Shown: positions 45,751-53,833 of the stretch, piece by piece | Layout of the letters: every line of letters starts with the position of its first letter | Position numbering within the stretch: the first letter of the stretch is position 1 | DNA from: Candidatus Multivoradales bacterium | GTDB lineage: Bacteria; Acidobacteriota; Thermoanaerobaculia; Multivoradales; J023 | Direction of reading: 5' to 3' | Assembly (NCBI GenBank): GCA_965248925.1 | Contig: CBDFLE010000006.1 | Location: forward strand, 1,408,001-1,472,000 | DNA length: 64,000 bases | The notes under the pieces: generated by a model | Databases searched by the model: none | Told to the model about the DNA's origin: nothing | The model's input: the letters and a program-made list of their open reading frames with translations, nothing else | Program-made: the position numbers and the translations under genes

Positions 45751-46827
45751 CTACTCCTCAGTGACCGTCAGCGCCCGCGAAAGCGTCTTACCCAGATAAT
45801 TCACCAAGGCGAAAGCACGCGAGTATTCCATCCTTGAAGGCCCGATGACCCCCAAACTCCCGACTGTGTTGCCACCGATGCCGTAGGGAGCCGCCACCAG
45901 ACTGAAATCGAGCTCGGAAGTCAGCTCGCTATCTTCACCGATGAAGACCCTGACCCCGCCACCAGCCATGCAATGGTTGAGTATCTTCACCAGGTGAGCC
46001 TTGTCGGCAAAGGCATCCAACATCCGCCGAATGTGCTCGACATCCGACATTTCAGGCTGGTCGAGCAGACTGCGGGTGCCTTCCATCAGCACCGCCCGTT
46101 CGTGGGTCGCCTGGGCAGCTCGCTCTGCCAAAGCAATCGCCTGTGACAACAGGTTGTCCACCTGCCGCCGCTCTTCCGCCATCAACGCCAGCAGCCGGTC
46201 CCGAATCTGCGCCAAGCTCAAACCGGCAAAGCTCTGGTTGAGGTAGTTGGAGATGCGGATCAGATCTTCCCGCGACACCGGCTCCTCAGTCTCAATCACG
46301 ACATTATCGATGAAGCCACCCTCAGATACCACCACGCAGAGAACTCGGCAATCTTGCAGACCCACGAAATCAACCGTCCGCAACACGGTCCCATCCACCG
46401 CCGGGGTCAGCACCACGCCAACCTGGTGCGACAGCTCGGACAAGAGATGGGTCGAAACGCTCATCAGCAAGTCGACATCCGATGCCGCCTTCTTGAAGTG
46501 CTGATCGATGTAGCGCCGCTCCCGCACCGGCAGCTGCCGCTGCTGCATCAAGCTGGCCACGTAGAGTCTGTAAGCCGCCTCGGTGGGCACCCGGCCCGCC
46601 GAGGTATGGGGTTGCTCGATCAGCCCCAAATCCTCCAAGTCGGCCATCACGTTGCGGATGCTGGCCGACGACAGACCTTGGCGATCAGCCTTCGACAACA
46701 AACGCGAACTCACCGGCCGGCCGCTGACAATATACGTGTGCACCAAATCCCTCAAGATGACGCGAGCTCGCGAGTTGAGTTCTTGGTGCTCTGCGGCGGA
46801 TGCTGTGGAAGATCTTTGGGCCGGCAC
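45751..46827 (-). CDS. hrcA: Heat-inducible transcription repressor HrcA
   Basis: PVSSR, SSASIRNVMADLE, QPHTSAGRVPT, GVIGPSRMEY. Confidence 0.95.
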   Translation of the reverse strand: MPAQRSSTASAAEHQELNSRARVILRDLVHTYIVSGRPVSSRLLSKADRQGLSSASIRNVMADLEDLGLIEQPHTSAGRVPTEAAYRLYVASLMQQRQLPVRERRYIDQHFKKAASDVDLLMSVSTHLLSELSHQVGVVLTPAVDGTVLRTVDFVGLQDCRVLCVVVSEGGFIDNVVIETEEPVSREDLIRISNYLNQSFAGLSLAQIRDRLLALMAEERRQVDNLLSQAIALAERAAQATHERAVLMEGTRSLLDQPEMSDVEHIRRMLDAFADKAHLVKILNHCMAGGGVRVFIGEDSELTSELDFSLVAAPYGIGGNTVGSLGVIGPSRMEYSRAFALVNYLGKTLSRALTVTEE

Positions 46828-47164
46828 TGGGTCGCTCTGTATCCGTATGCGCGATCGCCTCGCGGCATCGCGGTCTGTTGCTGCGAATGCTGGAGGCTTT
46901 CAGCCTCTCTACCCGAGGTCGAACCAGACTCCGGTGCGAACCTCGCTCTTAGTGTATCGTAGCCGGGTCGACGACGAGAGTATGATCGCTACGAGAAGTC
47001 TGCCGGATCATAGGACCACAACGCCCGGCCCGCAACCATCACCGAACCGATTCGATGTGGCACTAGCTCCGGGCGCTTGATCTTCCCCTCTAAGGATCCA
47101 ACTAGAGAACCGACCCGAAGTTGACGACCGCGCCGAACCAGGGCCGCAGGAAAGGCATGAGCCC

Positions 47165-47194
47165 TTGACCCTAATTCAGGGCCGATGCTAAGCT
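47165..47194 (+). promoter_or_regulatory. Putative sigma70-type promoter for mglA-nrdR-lon-thiL
   Basis: TTGACC (47165-47170) and extended -10 TGCTAAGCT (47186-47194), 30 nt before the ATG. Confidence 0.5.
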
Positions 47195-47224
47195 GCCCCG
47201 TCCCCTACCCAGGGATGTCCGTCT

Positions 47225-48649
47225 ATGGTTTTCTTTAACTACAGCACCATGCAGATGGCCGCCAAGGTCGTGTATTACGGCCCCGGTCTTTGTGGCAAAA
47301 CCACCAATCTGCAATGGATTTTCGACCACACCTCGAACGACTCTCGGGGTGAGATGGTTTCCCTGGCAACCGAGACCGACCGTACGCTTTTCTTCGACCT
47401 GCTGCCGATCGATGTCGGCTCGATCGCTGGTTTCAGCACCCGTATCCAGCTCTACACCGTCCCCGGGCAGGTGTTCTACAACACCACCCGCAAGCTGGTG
47501 CTGAAAGGGGTCGATGGAGTGGTCTTCGTGGCCGATTCGCAGCGGCCAATGCTACAGGCCAACATCGAGTCCTTCCACAACTTGGAGGAAAACCTCGGTG
47601 AGATGGGCCTGTCGCTGGAGAACATCCCGCTGGTCTTGCAGTACAACAAGCGCGACCTGCCAGGCATCTGCTCCGTAGAGGAACTCAACCAAGCGCTCAA
47701 TCGGGGTCAGTGGCCCTCGGTCGAGAGTTCGGCGCTGAACGGCACCGGCGTCTTCGAGACTCTCAAGACGGTGTCGAAGATGACTCTGTTGGCGCTGAAG
47801 AAGCGGCTTACCAAGGGCAGGTCGGATACCCCCAGGGCAGCCAAGACGGGTCCCCGGCCAACAATCACTGCCAAGCCCAGCGCCGTCCCTCGCGAGCAGG
47901 CAGTCGCCAACCCATCCAGTCCTACGCCGCAGAAGAGCCGGCCAGCGGCAGCAGCCGCGGCGACCACCACCAGCCAGAGCCTTGCCTCCGCCGCTGTGCA
48001 ACCGGATCCGGTGGTCGCCGAAACCAAGCCGCCGATCGCTCTGGCGGTTAGTGACGAGGCCGCGGTAGAAATCGTCGAAGACGTCGCCGTAGAAGTGACC
48101 GCAGAGGGGACGAAGAGGGCCGCTGAGGAACACAGCAAGAAAGCGGATGAGGACACCGCCGTCTCAGTACGGAACCAAGCACCGTTGAACCAACCTGTGG
48201 CAGCCAAAGAACCGGTGGCAGCCAGCACCGCCCAACCCGGTGTCCCATTCACCGCCCAACCCACTGCCCGGACCGGGGCGACCGAAGTCATCGCGGCACG
48301 GACAGCAAAACGCACTGCGACCGCCAAGCCAAAGGTTTACAGCGGCATCGACGCCCTGGCTGAACTCGAGAAGATTCGCCAGCAAGCGCTGCATCCGAAC
48401 GCCAAGCCCGAGCTGACCCACAGCGCCCGCAGTGCCCGCAATGGTCACGAGATCCGCCGCAGCCTGCAGGTTCAGTTATCCCGGCAGGAGTTCAGCCGCG
48501 CTCGTCGGGTTTCCCTAAGCCTGCAAATCGAAGACGCCAACCACCAGGTTGTCGACGAAATTCGGCATCTCCACGTCGACATAGACGATGCAAGCTCGCT
48601 CGAAAGACTCCTGCTGCGACTCAACATTGCCGTCGACCCCTCTGCCTGA
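47225..48649 (+). CDS. mglA: MglA-type small GTPase with a ~280-aa C-terminal extension
   Basis: GPGLCGKTTNL, ETDRTLFFDLL, LYTVPGQVFY, NKRD; then an A/P/T-rich linker and a terminal globular-looking domain. Confidence 0.88.
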   Translation: MVFFNYSTMQMAAKVVYYGPGLCGKTTNLQWIFDHTSNDSRGEMVSLATETDRTLFFDLLPIDVGSIAGFSTRIQLYTVPGQVFYNTTRKLVLKGVDGVVFVADSQRPMLQANIESFHNLEENLGEMGLSLENIPLVLQYNKRDLPGICSVEELNQALNRGQWPSVESSALNGTGVFETLKTVSKMTLLALKKRLTKGRSDTPRAAKTGPRPTITAKPSAVPREQAVANPSSPTPQKSRPAAAAAATTTSQSLASAAVQPDPVVAETKPPIALAVSDEAAVEIVEDVAVEVTAEGTKRAAEEHSKKADEDTAVSVRNQAPLNQPVAAKEPVAASTAQPGVPFTAQPTARTGATEVIAARTAKRTATAKPKVYSGIDALAELEKIRQQALHPNAKPELTHSARSARNGHEIRRSLQVQLSRQEFSRARRVSLSLQIEDANHQVVDEIRHLHVDIDDASSLERLLLRLNIAVDPSA

Positions 48650-48684
48650 GGCCCGGCGCTTCACCGAATTCACCAAGTGCAGCG

Positions 48685-49179
48685 ATGAACTGCCCATTCT
48701 GCGGTATCAACCGTGACCGAGTCGTCGACTCTCGCGAGAGTCGTGATGGCGATAGCGTCCGCCGACGGCGGGAGTGCTTGGAGTGTAGGCGCCGATTCAC
48801 CTCCTATGAGCAGATCGACAAAATTCCCTACCTGGTGGTCAAGAGCGGCGGCAGGCGCGAGGAATTCGACCGCAATAAGCTGCTAGGGGGTCTGCTCCGC
48901 GCGTGCGAGAAACGTCCGATCTCGGCCACCGACCTCGAAGGCATCGTCCGCCGAGCCGAAGGACTTTTGCACCAGCGGGAAGATCGTGAACTGCCGAGCC
49001 GCGAAATCGGTCGCTTGGTGATGCAGGAGTTGCGTGATCTCGACCCGGTCGCCTATGTACGGTTCGCCTCGGTCTATCGCAGATTCGAGGATATCGGCGC
49101 CTTTGTGGACGAAGTCCGCAGCCTGCTCGACAACGAGCCCGCGAACACCCCTTCCGACCCTGCCGCCGAAGCCGACTGA
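48685..49179 (+). CDS. nrdR: Transcriptional repressor NrdR
   Basis: MNCPFC, RVVDSR, RRRRECLEC..RFTSYE, ATP cone, VAYVRFASVY. Confidence 0.96.
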   Translation: MNCPFCGINRDRVVDSRESRDGDSVRRRRECLECRRRFTSYEQIDKIPYLVVKSGGRREEFDRNKLLGGLLRACEKRPISATDLEGIVRRAEGLLHQREDRELPSREIGRLVMQELRDLDPVAYVRFASVYRRFEDIGAFVDEVRSLLDNEPANTPSDPAAEAD

Positions 49180-49250
49180 TATCTTGTCCCTGCGCGGCCT
49201 CGCGCGCCTCGCGCCGTAACTCACAGACGGCGCCCCTGAGAGATCTATCG

Positions 49251-51653
49251 ATGAGCGCCCAGAATCCAACTGACGACGTACCCCAGCTCCCCGACGTGCT
49301 ACCGGTGCTACCGCTCAAAGACGCGGTCATCTTTCCCTACATCATCGTTCCGCTATCGATTGGACCCGATCGCAGCGTTGAGGCGGTCGATCGCGCCCTG
49401 GCCGAAAACCGCCTGGTGATGCTGGTGGCGCAGCGCGATCCCAGCATCGATCAACCGACCCCCGAGCAGCTCTACCGAGTGGGTGCGGTGGGCATGATCA
49501 TGCGCATGCTGAAGCTCCCCGACGGTCGCTTACGAATCTTGATTCAAGGTCTCGCTCGAGCGCGGGTCGAGCACATCGGCCAGACCAAACCCTTCTTGCA
49601 AGCGCGCATCTCGGCGATCGAGGAGCCCCCCTCGCCACCGGCCGGCATTGAAGTCGAGGCCCTGACTCGGACGGTCAAGGAAGGACTCGAGAAGGCTCTG
49701 AACCTGGGCAAGGGCATCTCGTCTGAAGTCATGGTCATCGCCGCCAACCTGGACGACCCAGGGCGCTTGGCCGACCTCACCGCCAGCAACTTGGATCTTA
49801 AGCTAGAGGACGCCGAGGAGATTCTCGAAACTCTCGATCCGATGGTGCGGCTAGCACGGGTCAGCGAGCATCTGCACCGCGAACTCCACCTGCTGCGAAT
49901 GCAACACGAGATTTCCTCCCAGGCTCGTGGCGAAATCGACCGCAGCCAACGGGAGTATTTTCTGCGCCAACAGCTCAAGGCGATCCAGGATGAACTCGAT
50001 GAAGGCGACGAGTTCGCGCAAGACATCGAATCCTACCGCGGACTCGCCGAGAAAAAAGAACTGCCGAAGGAAGCTCGCGAAGAACTCGAGAAACAGATTC
50101 GCAGGTTAGAACGCAGTCACCCCGAGAGTGCCGAGAACTCGGTTATTAGAACCTACTTGGATTGCTTGACCGGCCTCCCTTGGGGTGAGCAGAGCCAAGA
50201 TAATCTAGATCTGCTGCACGCACGAAAGGTGTTGGACGAAGATCATTACGACCTCGACAAGGTCAAACAGCGCATTCTCGAAATGCTCGCGGTGCGCAAA
50301 TTGAAAGCCGACAGCAAAGGGCCGATCCTATGTTTGGTTGGACCCCCAGGGGTAGGAAAGACTTCTCTCGGACGCTCGATCGCCCGCGCCCTCGACCGCA
50401 AGTTCGTACGCATCTCCCTGGGCGGAGTACGCGACGAAGCAGAAATCCGCGGCCATCGACGCACTTATGTCGGAGCTTTGCCCGGCAGGATTATTCAAGG
50501 CATTCAACAAGCCGGTACGGCGAATCCTGTCTTCATGCTGGACGAGATCGACAAGCTTGGCGCCGACTATCGAGGAGACCCCTCTTCAGCCTTGCTCGAG
50601 GTCCTCGACCCAGAGCAGAACTGCTCCTTCCGTGACCATTACTTGGCGGTACCTTACGACCTTTCTAGGGTGCTCTTCATTACCACCGCCAACCTCCTCG
50701 ATCCGATCCAGCCAGCCTTTCTCGATCGCATGGAAGTGATACGACTGTCGGGCTACACCGAAGAGGAGAAGCTCGAGATCGCCCGCCGCCATTTGGTGCC
50801 CAAACAACTTGGCGAAAACGGCCTGCGGACGAGACACATCCGCTTCACCAATGGCGGCCTGAGAAAGATCATCCGCGGCTACACCCGCGAGGCCGGGCTG
50901 CGCAACCTGGAACGCGAGATAGGTGCGATCTGCCGCAAAGTGGCGATGCGGGTAGCCGAGGGTACGAAGGGGCGAAAGACCGTAGGCGTACGCACCGTCG
51001 AGGAGCTGCTCGGACCCGAAAAGCATTTCAAAGAGGCCCTGCTATCGACCAGTCGAGTAGGCATCGCTACCGGGCTGGCTTGGACCGCCACCGGCGGCGA
51101 CCTGCTGTTCATAGAAGTCGTAGCGGTGCCCGGCAAAGGCAGGCTGATGCTTACCGGCCGGCTGGGTGAAGTGATGAAAGAGTCCGCTCAAACAGCTCTT
51201 TCCTACGCGCGGACCTTTGCCCATCGTCACGGCATGACGGATAAGTTCTTCGCCGAGCACGATTTACATGTGCACGCGCCGGCCGGCTCGATCCCCAAAG
51301 ACGGCCCCTCCGCCGGCATCACCATCGCTACCGCAATCCTCTCGCTGCTGACCGGTATTCCGGTTCGGAGATCCCTAGCCATGACCGGCGAGATTACATT
51401 ACGTGGCGACATCTTGCCGATCGGCGGTTTCAAAGAAAAGGCATTGGCGGCGCGGGCTGCCGGCATTCGCGAGGTCATCCTGCCGAAGCTCAACCACCGC
51501 GATCTGCCAGAGCTGCCGCCAGCTGTCCTTGACGATCTCGAGTTTCATTGTCTCGAGCATATGGAACAGGTGCTCGCCCATGCCCTGGCGCGAAAGATCG
51601 ACAAACCATCCAAGACGGTTCTCAACGACACCGCAATGCCATCGGCGAACTAG
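49251..51653 (+). CDS. lon: ATP-dependent protease Lon
   Basis: GPPGVGKTS, EIRGHRRTYVGALPG, PKDGPSAG catalytic Ser, MTGEITLRG. Confidence 0.97.
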   Translation: MSAQNPTDDVPQLPDVLPVLPLKDAVIFPYIIVPLSIGPDRSVEAVDRALAENRLVMLVAQRDPSIDQPTPEQLYRVGAVGMIMRMLKLPDGRLRILIQGLARARVEHIGQTKPFLQARISAIEEPPSPPAGIEVEALTRTVKEGLEKALNLGKGISSEVMVIAANLDDPGRLADLTASNLDLKLEDAEEILETLDPMVRLARVSEHLHRELHLLRMQHEISSQARGEIDRSQREYFLRQQLKAIQDELDEGDEFAQDIESYRGLAEKKELPKEAREELEKQIRRLERSHPESAENSVIRTYLDCLTGLPWGEQSQDNLDLLHARKVLDEDHYDLDKVKQRILEMLAVRKLKADSKGPILCLVGPPGVGKTSLGRSIARALDRKFVRISLGGVRDEAEIRGHRRTYVGALPGRIIQGIQQAGTANPVFMLDEIDKLGADYRGDPSSALLEVLDPEQNCSFRDHYLAVPYDLSRVLFITTANLLDPIQPAFLDRMEVIRLSGYTEEEKLEIARRHLVPKQLGENGLRTRHIRFTNGGLRKIIRGYTREAGLRNLEREIGAICRKVAMRVAEGTKGRKTVGVRTVEELLGPEKHFKEALLSTSRVGIATGLAWTATGGDLLFIEVVAVPGKGRLMLTGRLGEVMKESAQTALSYARTFAHRHGMTDKFFAEHDLHVHAPAGSIPKDGPSAGITIATAILSLLTGIPVRRSLAMTGEITLRGDILPIGGFKEKALAARAAGIREVILPKLNHRDLPELPPAVLDDLEFHCLEHMEQVLAHALARKIDKPSKTVLNDTAMPSAN

Positions 51654-51655
51654 CG

Positions 51656-52642
51656 GTGAGCCGAGAGACCAGCGTAGAAGATCGGCTGCTGGCGCCCCTC
51701 CTACGCCGCAGCGGTGGCCTGATCGGTGACGATGCAGCTATCTTGCCCGCCGAGTCTTGGGCCGTCACCACCGACACTCAAATTGCCGGAAGCCACTTTC
51801 CAGCCGATCTTGACCCAGCTTTGATAGCCCGCCGGCTGCTGGCGGTCAACCTCTCCGACCTCGCTGCTATGGGTGCCGAACCAGCCTTTGCTTTCTTGGT
51901 CCTGGCGGCGCCAGCGAGCTTCGACCACCGCTGTTTCCTCGACGCCTTCGAACAGGCTTGCCAAGAGGCAGGAGTGCGGCTGGCGGGTGGTGACCTCTCC
52001 AGCCAGGAACAGGTCGCCACAATAGCAACCTTGCTCGGCCGTCAGACCTCGGGCGGCCGTTGGCTGCGACGCGACGACGCCCACCCAGGCCACCGATTGT
52101 GGCTTGGCGGCAGCGTCGGCGAGTCCGCCCTAGGTCTGCGATTGGTACAACGGGGCGCGCGCTTGGGAGCGTTAGGAACCGCATTGGCAGCAGACCTATC
52201 CGCGCTCCAGGTCACCACGGCAGCCGAACAAGCGTTGCGGCGCCATCTCGAACCCGCGCCGCAACTCGCACTGGGCGCTTGGCTCGCCCAACAAGAAAGC
52301 GGTGGCGTCATCGATGTTTCAGACGGACTGGGTAAAGACCTTGCCCGTCTGTGCAAAGCAAGTGGTGTGGGGGCTGACGTTCATTCACGGCGATTGCCGG
52401 AACCGGCCGATTTCACCGCCCTATGCCAAGCTCTCGATTGCGACCCCCTACCAACAAAGCTCAGCGGCGGCGAAGACTACGTCCTGCTATTCAGCTTGCC
52501 GGAAGGCATCCAACCACCCGCGGCCCTCCACTGCCAGCAGATCGGCAACATCACACAGCCTGCTCAAGTGATCTTGGTCGATCAAGGACGGCGCCGTCCA
52601 CTACCTACCGTGGGTTGGGACCATCTTAGTAAGGGCAGCTGA
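51656..52642 (+). CDS. thiL: Thiamine-monophosphate kinase
   Basis: GDDAAIL, VNLSDLAAMGA, GGD, IDVSDGL, GGEDYVLLF, GWDH. Confidence 0.92.
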   Translation: MSRETSVEDRLLAPLLRRSGGLIGDDAAILPAESWAVTTDTQIAGSHFPADLDPALIARRLLAVNLSDLAAMGAEPAFAFLVLAAPASFDHRCFLDAFEQACQEAGVRLAGGDLSSQEQVATIATLLGRQTSGGRWLRRDDAHPGHRLWLGGSVGESALGLRLVQRGARLGALGTALAADLSALQVTTAAEQALRRHLEPAPQLALGAWLAQQESGGVIDVSDGLGKDLARLCKASGVGADVHSRRLPEPADFTALCQALDCDPLPTKLSGGEDYVLLFSLPEGIQPPAALHCQQIGNITQPAQVILVDQGRRRPLPTVGWDHLSKGS

Positions 52643-52681
52643 TTCCGGCCGCAAACCAAAGCGCGAAACAGCTCTCTACGA

Positions 52682-52711
52682 CAAACGCCCCGCCGTACGG
52701 CGGGGCGTTTG
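52682..52711. terminator. Bidirectional intrinsic terminator between thiL and the convergent gene
   Basis: Perfect palindrome CAAACGCCCCGCCGTACGGCGGGGCGTTTG. Confidence 0.8.
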
Positions 52712-52735
52712 CTAGCTTTGACTATTGCTCGAGGA

Positions 52736-53404
52736 TCAACGTTGCAGAGTGATACGGAAAGGCTTGGTTGACCTCTTCTCGACCCTGGTCAGCTCACGCT
52801 GGAGCTTCTTCACTATCTTTTCGAGCTCTTTCACCCGCGCAGTCAACTCGGCGCCGACATCAGAACCAGCGGCAGCCTGCAGGGCCTTCTGGATTGGACC
52901 GCGCTTGGCGGCTGCTGTCTTTTTGCCCTTGCCAGGCGCTCGTCCGCGGCGACTTTCCTCGCGCAACCGTTTAAAAATGGCGACCGCATCCGGCAAATAC
53001 CGCCGGGCACGCCCAGTGCCGGAGTGGGGAATGCTCTTGAGGTTCATTTTTACGTAGCGCAGCAAGGTCGGATAAGAGATCCCCGTCGTTTTGCCGATCT
53101 GGGTCAAGGTCAGCAAACCGCCGCTACCAGCGGCCTTCGCAGCCGGCTTCTTCGCCGCGGCCTTAGCGGGTTTGGCGGCTTTGGCCGGCGCTAGAGGGTT
53201 CTTACGCGGCCGGCCGCGACGACCGATGTTCTCTTTCTTGAGTTGGCGAAATACCGCTAAAGACGAAGTTGGGTAGCGCTGTGTTCGACCGCTTCCCTCC
53301 GACGGAATGCGATCCTGGTACAGCTTCTTGTAGCGCTGAAGCGTGGGCATCGAAATGCCAGTACGCTTCGACACCTCCGTCAGTGTGTGTAACTTGCCAG
53401 CCAT
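52736..53404 (-). CDS. Basic DNA-binding protein: two MerR-like HTH repeats, AT-hook, K/A-rich linkers, C-terminal coiled coil
   Basis: Internal repeat TLTEVSKRTGISMPTLQRY / TLTQIGKTTGISYPTLLRY; RRGRPRK; PAKAAKPAKAAAKK; AAAGGAG ribosome-binding site. Confidence 0.8.
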   Translation of the reverse strand: MAGKLHTLTEVSKRTGISMPTLQRYKKLYQDRIPSEGSGRTQRYPTSSLAVFRQLKKENIGRRGRPRKNPLAPAKAAKPAKAAAKKPAAKAAGSGGLLTLTQIGKTTGISYPTLLRYVKMNLKSIPHSGTGRARRYLPDAVAIFKRLREESRRGRAPGKGKKTAAAKRGPIQKALQAAAGSDVGAELTARVKELEKIVKKLQRELTRVEKRSTKPFRITLQR

Positions 53405-53470
53405 TAAACGACTCTCCTTTGCAAAATACGCAGAATTGATAAGGGTAAGGGACTCAGAGCCCGCGGCTCA

Positions 53471-53499
53471 TTCTTAGATCACCAATGGCTTTCTGTCAA
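53471..53499 (-). promoter_or_regulatory. Near-consensus sigma70 promoter for the tandem-HTH gene
   Basis: Minus strand TTGACA-N17-TAAGAA. Confidence 0.55.
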
Positions 53500-53794
53500 G
53501 GGTCAACAACCAAGATGCACAGATGATTCGCCGCACTCAAGTCCTGACGAAGATTGAACAAACGGCCCCTACCACAGGACTACTCCTCGCCTAACAAGGC
53601 TCTACTGCACGAACAGACTGGCCTCAGCAAACGATTCTCAAGCAAGTATCGGCATGGCAGTCTGCGAAGCTCGTCCAGGTCGAATTCACGGCGTGGGGGT
53701 TTCCCCTACTGAAACTGATTGATAAGGTGGCTCTACCAGTTAACAGTAGACCAGCTGCACTGCTCGGCCTTTTACCTTCCGCGACAGCAGGTTT

Positions 53795-53822
53795 GCGAAG
53801 ACAGGTGCGCGAAGACAGGTGC
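53795..53822. repeat. 14-bp tandem duplication GCGAAGACAGGTGC x2
   Basis: Read directly from the sequence, just past the activator stop codon. Confidence 0.7.
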
Positions 53823-53833
53823 GCGACAACGAC

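Noticed and set aside
47057-47083. Possible CIRCE operator upstream of hrcA
   Set aside because: Only one half (GTGGCACTA) resembles TTAGCACTC; the other half matches poorly at the 9-nt spacing
51548-51655. thiL N-terminal extension overlapping lon
   Set aside because: GTG at 51656, just after the lon stop, fits the family start better
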